Positions 1 to 8,234 of a DNA stretch of 24,000 bases are shown here, piece by piece. Source of the DNA: Alphaproteobacteria bacterium HT1-32 (GTDB lineage: Bacteria > Pseudomonadota > Alphaproteobacteria > Rhodospirillales > HT1-32). The DNA lies in assembly GCA_009649675.1 (NCBI GenBank), contig WJPL01000001.1, positions 492,469-516,468 of the forward strand. The letters run 5' to 3'. How positions within the stretch are numbered: the stretch's first letter is position 1; each line of letters starts with the position of its first letter. The position numbers were made by a program, and so were the translations under genes. The notes beneath the pieces were generated by a model. The model did not search any database. It was not told where the DNA came from and saw only the letters and a program-made list of their open reading frames with translations.

Positions 1-2004
1 GAAAGACTGCCGGTCCGCCATGATGAAAACCGGGCGTTCCGCCTGGAACGGAATGATCTTCACGGACTTGTTTTCAATCGACTTGCCAAATGGCCGGATG
101 ACACTCTCTGTCTCTGCACAGATATCGAGCCGTTCAATTGTCTTTGAGCGACCACCGCTTTCAATGGTGGAGAGATCAAGCATATCGTTCACAAGCGTCA
201 GCTGGTGGCGTCCGCTGGCAAGAATATCGGTCAGGTATTCCTGCAACTGCACCGGGTCGGTCCGGAGGCTTTCAAGCATCAGGAGGGCTTCCGACATGCC
301 AATCACCGCATTCAGCGGTGTGCGCAGTTCATGGCTCATATGAGCGATGAACTCGGTCTTTGCCATGCTTGCCTTCTCGGCCTGCGTCCGGGCCTTTTCC
401 AGCGCGATCGCATTCAGGCGTCGTTCCGTCATATCCCGGAAGGCACCGACGATAACCGTGCGGCCATGTTCTGTGACTTCCGACAGCACCGCTTCAACGA
501 AAACCGTATAGCCCGTCTTGTGCTGGCAGACGATTTCAAAGCTTTCGCTGTCCGGAGAACGGCTGTCCGGTTTCTCCAGATACTGTCCGAACCGGTTGCC
601 CTGTATTGTATTTTGTCCACGGGCCATCAGGCGGGAAGCCGACGCGCCGATCATCTCCTCGGCTGAAAAACCAAATATACGTTCTGCAGCCCGGTTGTAG
701 GATTCAATAATACCGTCCGAACTGATCGTGAGAACGGCATCTGCCACATTGTCCATGATCAGGCGCAGACGATTCTGCTGCTGCAGCAGCAATGCCTCGG
801 TCTGCCGGATATCCGTCACATCCGTACAGAGGAAAACCGTGCCGCCATTTATCGTCCGGCGCTGCCGGATCATCGACCAGGTATTGTTGCGACCTTCCAG
901 CGTAACCGGAACGCCCTGCTCCCGGCTGTCCCTCAACCGTTGCACGACGTCCTGCGAGGCTTCTCCGGCAGTGTCCTGAAATGCCTGCTTTTCAGCAACA
1001 TGCCAGTTCAGGACGTTTTGATATGACAGCACCTGACCATCCGCAGCATCCTGCAAGCCATAGGCCTCCCGGAAATGCGAATTACTGAAAACCAGAGCCT
1101 CGTCAGCATCGAACAGCGCAAGGCTTCCTGACATCGCCTCAACAGCTTCTGTCAGACGGCGATCAGCTTCTTCAGCCCAGTCAGCGGCATGTTCCTGTTT
1201 CCGGATGGCAATGGTCAGACGGCGATCGAAAATGACGGCGGCTATGCCGGCCAGCAGAACCATTGTCGCCACAATCGTGGTCAGGATCGCCAGCAGATCA
1301 GCGTCCATACCGGATATCTCACCGGGTTCTGTCCCCAATGAAAAACACAGGGTCGAACTCATCGCCGTGTAATGCATACCTGCAACGGCACTGCCAATCA
1401 GGACGGCTGAATAGAGTTCCCGGATCAGCGTGGTAACAGAGAAAGGGCCACGGGTTCTGCGGCGCGCCATCCACAGCGCGCAAATTGCCAGAATGACAGC
1501 AACCAGTATCGAGGCTGTAAACAGCATCGGATCATAACGAACGAAGGCTTCCACATCCATCGCCGCCATGCCGGTGTAATGCATCAGCCCGACACCACCC
1601 CCAAAGATAACGCCCCCCAGAACCAGCCGGAGATGACTGACCTGCGATCTCGCAACCATCCGCAGACTGAGCCCGCTGGCAATAACAGCGGGCAGGGCCG
1701 AGGCCGCCGTGGCAAGCGGATCATAAATGATCGGAACCGGAAGCTGATATGCGATCATGCCGACAAAATGCATCGCCCAGATGCCAAGCCCCATAATCAG
1801 GGCGCCAACGGCAATCCAGCAGGAACGGACGAAAGAAGTCTTCTGTTCGGCAATCCAGTGCGACAAATGAATGAAAGCAAAACCGGCCAGTGCGGCGATC
1901 AGAAAGGAAACAACCACGAGAAGCGGACTGTAAGTCGCGGGAAGCACGCTTTCCGCGTCATAGGCAAACGCAAAGAAACCGGAAAGATCAGGCAGGAAAC
2001 TCAT
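1..2004 (-). CDS. Sensor histidine kinase with an N-terminal MHYT membrane domain, two PAS-like segments and HisKA; the C-terminus (ATPase domain) is cut off by the window edge
   Basis: The ORF track omits it because the frame stays open to base 1. I translated the minus strand by hand from the ATG (revcomp of cat 2002-2004): MSFLPDLSGFFAFAYDAESVLPATYSPLLVVVSFLIAALAGFAFIHLSHW... Three MHYT-type repeats (AMHFVGM, LMHYTGM, GMHYTAM) lie in hydrophobic helices. The H-box FIAHMSHELRTPLNAVIG has its His codon at 331-333, in frame with 2004. The translation ends ...PVFIMADRQSF at base 1. Confidence 0.85.
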   Translation of the reverse strand, partial: MSFLPDLSGFFAFAYDAESVLPATYSPLLVVVSFLIAALAGFAFIHLSHWIAEQKTSFVRSCWIAVGALIMGLGIWAMHFVGMIAYQLPVPIIYDPLATAASALPAVIASGLSLRMVARSQVSHLRLVLGGVIFGGGVGLMHYTGMAAMDVEAFVRYDPMLFTASILVAVILAICALWMARRRTRGPFSVTTLIRELYSAVLIGSAVAGMHYTAMSSTLCFSLGTEPGEISGMDADLLAILTTIVATMVLLAGIAAVIFDRRLTIAIRKQEHAADWAEEADRRLTEAVEAMSGSLALFDADEALVFSNSHFREAYGLQDAADGQVLSYQNVLNWHVAEKQAFQDTAGEASQDVVQRLRDSREQGVPVTLEGRNNTWSMIRQRRTINGGTVFLCTDVTDIRQTEALLLQQQNRLRLIMDNVADAVLTISSDGIIESYNRAAERIFGFSAEEMIGASASRLMARGQNTIQGNRFGQYLEKPDSRSPDSESFEIVCQHKTGYTVFVEAVLSEVTEHGRTVIVGAFRDMTERRLNAIALEKARTQAEKASMAKTEFIAHMSHELRTPLNAVIGMSEALLMLESLRTDPVQLQEYLTDILASGRHQLTLVNDMLDLSTIESGGRSKTIERLDICAETESVIRPFGKSIENKSVKIIPFQAERPVFIMADRQSF

Positions 2005-2340
2005 CGGACAACACAAACAAACCGGCACACAGATATCAGAAAATAACTGCCTGCCGAATGTCCGTTAACGGGAAAAAACCCGCTCACCTTGCCATATTGA
2101 GAAGCCATTTTTACCATTCTTCATCATTCAGATTTGCCAGCCTCCCCCTTCAATATAGAAGATTAACCAAATGTATCGCCACTGAAACCTTGTAAGTATT
2201 TTCCGGTAGGATCATCCAGTTCACTCATGATGACAGGCTATCCCAAATCTGCACGGGCGCAATCGCGCAACATTCCATGCAAAACGGACAGTTCGAGCCC
2301 CCCTTTCATCCGGGGAAATCGCTATCAGCGGGTCACCTAC

Positions 2341-2369
2341 CCGACCTGAAACCTGCTGTTTCAGGTCGG
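2341..2369 (-). terminator. 12-bp stem-loop just downstream of the gatB stop; terminator-like but without a U-tract
   Basis: ccgacctgaaac (2341-2352) pairs with gtttcaggtcgg (2358-2369) around the loop ctgct. It lies 4 nt from the gatB stop codon (2374-2376). No T-run follows on the minus strand, so a terminator role is uncertain. Confidence 0.4.
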
Positions 2370-2373
2370 CTCA

Positions 2374-3837
2374 TCAGCCGATTTTCTTGTCCAGCAGCTC
2401 GTTGACCATCGCCGGGTTGGCCTTGCCCTGGCTGGCTTTCATCACCTGCCCTACGAACCAGCCTTTCAGCTTGTCCTTACCAGCCCTGATTTCAGCGACC
2501 TTGTCCGGGTTGGCAGCGATCGCCTCATCTACCAGCGCCTCGATGGCCCCGGTATCCGTCACCTGCTTCAGGCCCTTTTCCTCGACGATCTTCGCCGGAT
2601 CGGGATCATTGCCATCCGCAAACATGATCTCAAAGACGTTCTTCGCGATCTTGCCGGAGATCACATCTTCCGAGATCAGGTCGAGCAGTTTGCCGAGGCT
2701 GGCCGCAGATACCGGACTGTCAGAAATATCCAGCCCCGCCTTGTTCAGCGCCCCGAACAGATTTCCGGTCACCCAGTTGGCAGCCTGCTTGCCGTCGCGC
2801 CCCTCGGCAACGACCTCGAAATATTCAGCGATCTCGCGTTCGGCAACCAGTACACGGGCATCATAGGCCGACAGGCCATATTGCGTTGTGAAGCGGTCAG
2901 CCTTTTCGTCCGGCAGTTCCGGCAGACTGGCCGCAATCTCATCCACCCAGTCCTGGTCCAGTTCCAGCGGCAACAGGTCCGGGTCCGGGAAATAACGGTA
3001 ATCATGGGCCATTTCCTTGGACCGCATGGACCGGGTCTCACCCTTGTTCGGGTCGAACAGCCGGGTTTCCTGCCGGACTTCCTCACCGCTCTCCCAGACT
3101 TCAATCTGGCGCTCGGCCTCGATCTCGATGGCCTGCATCACAAACCGGACGGAGTTGACGTTCTTGATCTCGCAGCGCGTGTTCAGTTCCGTGTCACCGA
3201 CCTTGCGAACGGAGACGTTCACATCGGCCCGCATGGAACCTTCTTCCATATTGCCGTCGCAGGTACCGAGATAGCGCAGGATCGAGCGCAACTTGCGCAG
3301 ATAAAGCCCGGCTTCCTCCGGTGAGCGCATGTCCGGTTTTGAGACGATTTCCATCAGCGCAACACCGGCCCGGTTCAGGTCGATGGCCGACTGTGTCGGA
3401 TGCAGGTCATGGATCGACTTGCCGGCATCCTGCTCCAGATGCAACCGCTCGATACCAACCTCGCGGGTGGAGCCGTCTTCGAAATCCAGCACCACCGTTC
3501 CCTCACCCACGACAGGCTGCTGGAACTGGCTGATCTGGTAGCCGAAGGGCAGATCTGCATAGAAGTAATTCTTGCGGTCAAAAATCGAGTAATTGTTGAT
3601 CGCAGCTTTCAGGCCGAGGCCAGTGCGGACCGCCTGTTCAACGCATTTCCGGTTAATCACCGGCAGCATGCCGGGCATCGCCGCATCGACCAGCGAGACA
3701 TGGCTGTTCTGTGCCGCACCGAAGGATGTGGACGAGCCGGAAAACAGCTTGGCGTTGGAGACGACCTGCGCGTGAACTTCGAGACCGATCACGACTTCCC
3801 AGTCGCCGGTTTCACCCTGAATGATATAGGACGCCAT
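2374..3837 (-). CDS. gatB: Asp-tRNA(Asn)/Glu-tRNA(Gln) amidotransferase subunit B
   Basis: The track ORF 2374..4035 contains a canonical GatB sequence from [25 protein letters not shown]... onward. That Met is residue 67 of the ORF, so the ATG is the revcomp of cat 3835-3837, 4 nt after the gatA stop. The upstream 66 codons overlap gatA and are spurious. Confidence 0.95.
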   Translation of the reverse strand: MASYIIQGETGDWEVVIGLEVHAQVVSNAKLFSGSSTSFGAAQNSHVSLVDAAMPGMLPVINRKCVEQAVRTGLGLKAAINNYSIFDRKNYFYADLPFGYQISQFQQPVVGEGTVVLDFEDGSTREVGIERLHLEQDAGKSIHDLHPTQSAIDLNRAGVALMEIVSKPDMRSPEEAGLYLRKLRSILRYLGTCDGNMEEGSMRADVNVSVRKVGDTELNTRCEIKNVNSVRFVMQAIEIEAERQIEVWESGEEVRQETRLFDPNKGETRSMRSKEMAHDYRYFPDPDLLPLELDQDWVDEIAASLPELPDEKADRFTTQYGLSAYDARVLVAEREIAEYFEVVAEGRDGKQAANWVTGNLFGALNKAGLDISDSPVSAASLGKLLDLISEDVISGKIAKNVFEIMFADGNDPDPAKIVEEKGLKQVTDTGAIEALVDEAIAANPDKVAEIRAGKDKLKGWFVGQVMKASQGKANPAMVNELLDKKIG

Positions 3838-3841
3838 CTGA

Positions 3842-5311
3842 TCAGCCCTCCAGCCAGGATGGTTTGGCGGTAAAGCCCGCCGCCTGTTCCAGCACATCGC
3901 CAACGCGGAAGACTGTTTCCTCGTCAAAGCTTTTACCGAGAATCTGCAACCCGAGCGGCAGCCCCTCCGCAGACAGGCCGGCCGGTACCGACATGCCGGG
4001 AATACCGGCCAGATTGGCCGGCACGGTAAAGACATCGTTCAGGAACATCTTGATCGGGTCATCCATCTGCTCGCCCATACCGAAGGCCGCATTGGGTGCG
4101 GTCGGGGTCAGAATGGCATCCACCTTGCCGAAGACCTCGTCAAAATCGCGGGCAATCAGGGCCCGTACCTTCTGCGCCTTGATGTAATAGGCATCGTAAT
4201 AGCCGGCAGACAGCACATAGGTGCCAATCAGCACCCGGCGCTGTACCTCATCGCCAAATCCGGCAGCCCGGGTTTTGGCGTACATCTCGTCCAGGCTGTC
4301 GCCCTCAACCCGCAGGCCAAACCGCACGCCGTCATAACGGGCCAGGTTCGAGGAGGCTTCTGCCGGGGCAACGATATAATAGGTCGGCAGCGCATATTTT
4401 GTATGCGGCAGCGATACATCGACGCATTCGGCACCGGCATCGGTCAGCCACTGACGCCCCTGCGCCCACAGTTTGCTGATCTCTTCCGGCATATCATCAA
4501 GCTGATACTCACGGGGGATACCGATCTTCATGCCACGGATATCACCGGTCAGCGCGGCCTCGAAATTCGGAATCGCACGCTCATCCGATGTCGCATCCTT
4601 CGGGTCGTGCCCGGCCATGGCCTGCAACATGATCGCCGCATCCCGCACCGTCCGCGTCATCGGCCCTGCCTGATCCAGTGACGAGGCAAAGGCAACCGTC
4701 CCCCAGCGCGAGCAGCGGCCATAGGTCGGCTTGATGCCGACAATACCGCAGAAGGAGGCGGGCTGACGTATCGAGCCGCCGGTATCCGTACCTGTTGCCG
4801 CAATTGCCGCATAACCGGAAACGGCAGAGGCTGATCCGCCGGATGATCCGCCCGGCACCAGGTCCCGGTTGCCGGTCTTCCAGGGGTTACGGACACCACC
4901 GTAATAGCTGGTCATGTTGGATGACCCCATGGCGAATTCATCCAGGTTCGTCTTGCCAAGCATTACCGCGCCGTTGCGCCACAGATTGGCGGTGACGGTC
5001 GATTCATAGGTCGGCGTGAAGCCGTCGAGAATATGCGAGGCCGCCGTGGTCAGAACGCCTTCCGTGCAGAACAGATCCTTGATCGCCAGCGGCTGACCTT
5101 CAACCAGCCCGACCTCGCCTTTCGCCCGGCGTGCATCAGAGGCTTTGGCCCCGTCGCGGGCCCGGTCAAAAGTCTCCGTAATATAAACGTTCAGGTCGCG
5201 GGCGCGCTCGGCCGCAACGATATAGGCATCTGTCAGTTCGAGTGATGTCAGCTGACCATTGGCCATCGCATCACGGGCACCGGCCAGTGAAAGATCCAGA
5301 ATATCACTCAT
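3842..5311 (-). CDS. gatA: Glu-tRNA(Gln) amidotransferase subunit A (amidase signature family)
   Basis: 489 aa. It carries the amidase signature [11 protein letters not shown] and has GatA-like ends ([23 protein letters not shown]...). It sits between gatC and gatB, and its start overlaps the gatC stop (TAATG). Confidence 0.97.
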   Translation of the reverse strand: MSDILDLSLAGARDAMANGQLTSLELTDAYIVAAERARDLNVYITETFDRARDGAKASDARRAKGEVGLVEGQPLAIKDLFCTEGVLTTAASHILDGFTPTYESTVTANLWRNGAVMLGKTNLDEFAMGSSNMTSYYGGVRNPWKTGNRDLVPGGSSGGSASAVSGYAAIAATGTDTGGSIRQPASFCGIVGIKPTYGRCSRWGTVAFASSLDQAGPMTRTVRDAAIMLQAMAGHDPKDATSDERAIPNFEAALTGDIRGMKIGIPREYQLDDMPEEISKLWAQGRQWLTDAGAECVDVSLPHTKYALPTYYIVAPAEASSNLARYDGVRFGLRVEGDSLDEMYAKTRAAGFGDEVQRRVLIGTYVLSAGYYDAYYIKAQKVRALIARDFDEVFGKVDAILTPTAPNAAFGMGEQMDDPIKMFLNDVFTVPANLAGIPGMSVPAGLSAEGLPLGLQILGKSFDEETVFRVGDVLEQAAGFTAKPSWLEG

Positions 5312-5598
5312 TATTCGACCACCTTCGGCACCAGATAAAAGCCATCCTGAGACACCGGCGCGTTGGCGGTGACATCTGCCTGCTTTTCGCCATCTGTCAC
5401 CACGTCGTCGCGCATGGGCATCTTGCGGTCGCCGACACGGGTCATCGGCTCGACATTATCGGTATTGACCTCAGCCAGCTGCTCGACCCAGTTGATGATA
5501 TTGTCCAGTTCCCCTGCCAGTCCATCAAGGCGGCTTTCCGGCACCTCGATACGGGCAAGATAGGCAATTTTGCTCACGGCTTCGCGATCCAGCGACAT
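5311..5598 (-). CDS. gatC: Glu-tRNA(Gln) amidotransferase subunit C
   Basis: 95 aa, [55 protein letters not shown]..., which is typical of GatC. It is the first gene of the gatCAB cluster. Confidence 0.95.
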   Translation of the reverse strand: MSLDREAVSKIAYLARIEVPESRLDGLAGELDNIINWVEQLAEVNTDNVEPMTRVGDRKMPMRDDVVTDGEKQADVTANAPVSQDGFYLVPKVVE

Positions 5599-5730
5599 GG
5601 CTTCACACTTCAGAAATTGCAGGTAAACCGGTAAATTAACCGGAAGCTGGGGAAACTATCACCCGCCCCTGCAGGGCGCAAGAATGGGAAGCCGGTTTAT
5701 GCCCGGGAAAGGTCTGACGCCGGACGGCAG

Positions 5731-7773
5731 CTATACCGCACCAACATCGACACGGGCATCGTTGAAGCAGGCACCGCCGAGATCACCCAGACCGGTCGGA
5801 GCCAGTGCCGAGACCGTCTGGCCGTTATCGCTGGTTTTCATCCAGGCACCCTTGTCAGAAGAGACAACACCGGGCCGTACCCCCGTCGTCACTTTCAGCA
5901 TCAGATGCACCTCCCCCAGATCATTCCAGACCCGGACTTTCGTACCATCCGTCAGCCCCCGGGCAGCCACATCCGCAGGATGCATTTCCAGCAGCGGCAT
6001 CCCGGCATTGACCGCACAGCCACCAAAGGTCGAGGTTACACGCTGGTCAGAGGCCGGACTGATAAGAACCAGCGGATAGGCATCCGTTACCGGCACAAAC
6101 CCCGGCAGTCCCTGACCGCTCTCAGCCGCGAGCCGGTCTGACCAGAGTTCAATTTTACCACTGGGCGTTGCCGGAAAGGTCGATCTGAAAAGCACCGGCA
6201 CCTCTCCGTCACAGAGCATCGGCACGGCTTCACCTGCACGTATGCTGCTGGGTTTGCGCCCAGCCATTCGGGGGTCAGTAGCATCAAGCGCATCATCCAT
6301 CAGTTCTTCGTCACTGGCAGTAAAGGCCGGATCGTCGAACCCGAACCGGGCGGCAAGGCTGCGGAAGATATCCGTCAGCGGGCGGCTTTCCCCTACCGGC
6401 GGGACCACTGCCTCTGCCCGTTGCAGATAATTCTGGCCATAAGCCGCATACAGATCGGCATGTTCAAAGCTGGTACAGGCCGGCAGCACAACATCGCAAT
6501 ACAGCATGCTGTCTGTCATCGCGGCCTCAATCCCGACCGTGAACAGATCCGGGTGCATCAGCGCACGAATGACCTGCGCCTGATCCGGCAGGGCGATGAC
6601 CGGATTATGGGAATAGATCACAGCCCCCCGCACCGGCGGGTCCAGACTGTCATCCAGAATATGTCCTGGCAGATCGACGATATCGAGGATGCGCGTTCCC
6701 GCCGGAGACAAATCGCTGCGGTGCAGCCGGTCCGGCGTGCGGGGAAAGATCGCGCTGGCGGAATAGATCAGTCCCGCCCCTTCCACACCGAACTTTCCCG
6801 CCAGTGCAGGCAGCGCACAGATTGCCCGGATACCGGAACCGCCATTCCGGTTCCGCTCCAGCCCGTTGCCAATGGCAATGACCGGGCGTTCTGCCGCAAC
6901 ATACAGACGGGCCGCTTCACGAATATCTTCTGCCGGCACCCCACTTGCGTCTTCTGCCCGCTCCGGCGTCCAGTCTCTTGCAGCACCAAGGAACCGTTCC
7001 GCACCCAGAACATGCTGTTCTATAAATGCAGTCTTCACACCGCCAGTTCGTTCAATTTCCGCTGCAATCGCCCAGGCCAGAACCACGTCCGCCCCCGGCC
7101 GGACAGGCAGATGCATATCCGCCTTCGCAGCAATCTTCACCCGGCGGGGATCGACGACGATCAGCTTTGCCCCCTGTCGCCGGGCAGCATTGATATGGCG
7201 TACCAGATGCAGGTTCGAGCAGGTCGCATTGTTGCCCCAGACAATGATCAGGTCAGATTTCGCCGCCTGCTCCATTGTCGCACCGGGAACCCGCCCCAGC
7301 ACAGAGGCGACAGCCCGTCCGCGAACACCGCCACAAAGCGAATCCCGGATCAGGTGGGACGCACCGAGACGATTGAAAAACCGCAGGGACATGGAATCCT
7401 GTGCCAGAATGCCGTGTGGTCCGGCATAATTGAACGGGATAACTGCCTGCGGACCATACCGGCTGATCACCTGCGACAGCCCCTCATGGATCAGGTCCAG
7501 CGCCAGATCCCAGCTGACCGGCTCGAACTGACCGGTGCCACGCGGTCCGGTACGGCGCAGCGGCGTCCGGATACGATCCGGCCCATGGACAAATTCCGGC
7601 GTCAGATTGGAAACTTTCGAACAGATTGCGCCGTCCGTCATCGGATTCGCCCGCGATCCCCGCACCTTGACGATCCGGTCATCTGCCACCGAGACGGTCA
7701 GGCTGCAGGTATCCGGACAATCCAGCGTACAGACACTCGGTTTTTCAGTCAGTTTTGACGCACCGTCAGGCAT
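5731..7773 (-). CDS. Molybdopterin-dependent oxidoreductase (MopB superfamily) with an N-terminal Fe-S Cys motif; probably cytoplasmic, substrate unknown
   Basis: The track ORF 5731..8061 (776 aa) begins inside the AT-rich intergenic tract (poly-Asn), so that start is not credible. The conserved part begins ...KPSVCTLDCPDTCSLTV (C-x3-C-x3-C), followed by a long molybdopterin oxidoreductase body and an MGD-binding-type C-terminus. The ATG at 7773 has GGAG 6 nt upstream. Alternative ATGs are at 7785 and 7824. There is no twin-arginine motif. Confidence 0.85.
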   Translation of the reverse strand: MPDGASKLTEKPSVCTLDCPDTCSLTVSVADDRIVKVRGSRANPMTDGAICSKVSNLTPEFVHGPDRIRTPLRRTGPRGTGQFEPVSWDLALDLIHEGLSQVISRYGPQAVIPFNYAGPHGILAQDSMSLRFFNRLGASHLIRDSLCGGVRGRAVASVLGRVPGATMEQAAKSDLIIVWGNNATCSNLHLVRHINAARRQGAKLIVVDPRRVKIAAKADMHLPVRPGADVVLAWAIAAEIERTGGVKTAFIEQHVLGAERFLGAARDWTPERAEDASGVPAEDIREAARLYVAAERPVIAIGNGLERNRNGGSGIRAICALPALAGKFGVEGAGLIYSASAIFPRTPDRLHRSDLSPAGTRILDIVDLPGHILDDSLDPPVRGAVIYSHNPVIALPDQAQVIRALMHPDLFTVGIEAAMTDSMLYCDVVLPACTSFEHADLYAAYGQNYLQRAEAVVPPVGESRPLTDIFRSLAARFGFDDPAFTASDEELMDDALDATDPRMAGRKPSSIRAGEAVPMLCDGEVPVLFRSTFPATPSGKIELWSDRLAAESGQGLPGFVPVTDAYPLVLISPASDQRVTSTFGGCAVNAGMPLLEMHPADVAARGLTDGTKVRVWNDLGEVHLMLKVTTGVRPGVVSSDKGAWMKTSDNGQTVSALAPTGLGDLGGACFNDARVDVGAV

Positions 7774-7911
7774 CGGAGTCTCCATAGAATTGTCGCGCGC
7801 GGAAAACAGGGGGCTATCCGTCATTCGCACTGATATAGCCCGGAATTGGACTTGCCAGACAGCACCATTTGAACCCGAAACCCGGGACCAATCAGGCTCT
7901 TCAAGAGCAGT

Positions 7912-8012
7912 TGCATAAAATTTTATATATATTTTATTATTATTGTTATTAAATAAACATATAATATTTAAATTAGAATACTGTTTACCGACAAACAACA
8001 ATACCGTATAAA
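7912..8012. promoter_or_regulatory. Extremely AT-rich divergent control region between the molybdoenzyme gene (minus) and the MarR-family gene (plus)
   Basis: Direct count: 7921-7980 contains only 3 G/C in 60 nt. The perfect 12-nt palindrome ATAAAATTTTAT lies at 7915-7926 and the 8-nt palindrome ATTTAAAT at 7966-7973. There is an exact TATAAT at 7960-7965. The flanking genes are strongly GC-rich. Confidence 0.5.
7984..8012 (+). promoter_or_regulatory. Candidate sigma70-type promoter for the plus-strand leader/MarR transcript
   Basis: TTTACC (7984-7989), a 17-nt spacer, then TATAAA (8007-8012). The predicted start near 8019-8021 coincides with the base of the first long-range helix of the downstream structured element. 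This rests on a sequence match only. Confidence 0.3.
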
Positions 8013-8020
8013 TACTTACG

Positions 8021-8225
8021 ACTCGCCGGTAGAGCCGATCCTCCCTCCCCGCCTGCGGCAAAGGCGAGAGGGAACCTGCTCAACGGGTCACGAAAGTCTG
8101 ACGAGAGTGCGAGCGGCTCATGACCCTCCGAGCCACGCCTACCCCACACGCATCTTTCGTCGGCGAGCGGAAGCGATGAGAGTCGCTTCCGCTCGAACTT
8201 TCCCGGACCTGATTTCACCGGAGTT
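8021..8225 (+). ncRNA. Unclassified GC-rich structured element: a putative 5' leader, riboswitch-like RNA or small RNA upstream of the MarR-family gene
   Basis: No credible ORF is present. Hand-found helices: 8022-8030/8159-8167; 8042-8053/8063-8073; 8085-8090/8121-8126; a perfect 13-bp hairpin 8164-8176/8183-8195 that overlaps the 3' strand of the first helix; and 8203-8206/8218-8221, which covers part of the GGAG at 8220-8223. Strand and function are inferred, not demonstrated. Confidence 0.35.
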
Positions 8226-8234
8226 GAAGCATCA

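Noticed and set aside
2065-2127. A 20-codon minus-strand mini-ORF (MMKNGKNGFSIWQGERVFSR) preceded by GGGGGAGG in the leader of the MHYT kinase gene
   Set aside because: The SD-like run is 13 nt from the ATG. The peptide has no recognisable features, and I cannot test conservation. It is kept only as a possible uORF to check by ribosome profiling.
2285-2320. A tRNA T-loop-like GTTCGAGCC in the gatB-kinase intergenic region
   Set aside because: No complementary T-stem, acceptor stem or anticodon arm can be drawn around it.
3838-4035. A 66-codon N-terminal extension of the gatB ORF that overlaps the 3' end of gatA
   Set aside because: The extension ([26 protein letters not shown]...) is not GatB-like. 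Canonical GatB begins at MASYIIQGE, 4 nt after the gatA stop.
6421-7758. Long ORFs antisense to clear genes: 6421..7758 (+), 10013..11023 (-), 12760..13917 (+), 15903..16691 (-), 17546..18595 (-), 19877..20464 (-), and many shorter ones
   Set aside because: Each lies fully opposite a gene with strong family identity. Their translations are Arg/Pro/Gly/Cys-rich and low in complexity, with no recognisable motifs. This is the usual stop-poor antisense frame of GC-rich DNA.
7825-8061. N-terminal extension of the molybdoenzyme ORF through the AT island (…LFNNNNNKIYIKFY…)
   Set aside because: The composition is an artefact of translating the AT-rich intergenic tract. The conserved domain starts near the Fe-S motif, and good internal ATGs exist.
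8091-8105. Hammerhead-ribozyme-like core strings CGAAA and CUGACGAG side by side (CGAAAGUCUGACGAG)
   Set aside because: The two boxes are separated by only 2 nt and are in the wrong order or spacing for stems I and III in any of the three hammerhead topologies. No matching GAAA follows the CUGANGA box.
8124-8134. CCCUCCGAGCC on the plus strand, which resembles the conserved 5' core I recall for the Moco (molybdenum cofactor) riboswitch, next to a molybdoenzyme gene
   Set aside because: The string is on the strand leading away from the molybdoenzyme gene. I could not find the rest of the motif as I remember it (the GGAAAGG-type junction and helices). My recollection of the consensus is imperfect, so cmscan with RF01055 should still be run.
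8203-8225. Minus-strand strings GGUGAAAUC and CAGGUCCGGGAAAG, which resemble the cobalamin-riboswitch core and the SRP RNA (CAGGUCCGGAAGGAAGCAGCC)
   Set aside because: Only short fragments match. The flanking conserved elements (B12 box; GGAAGCAGCC) are absent.
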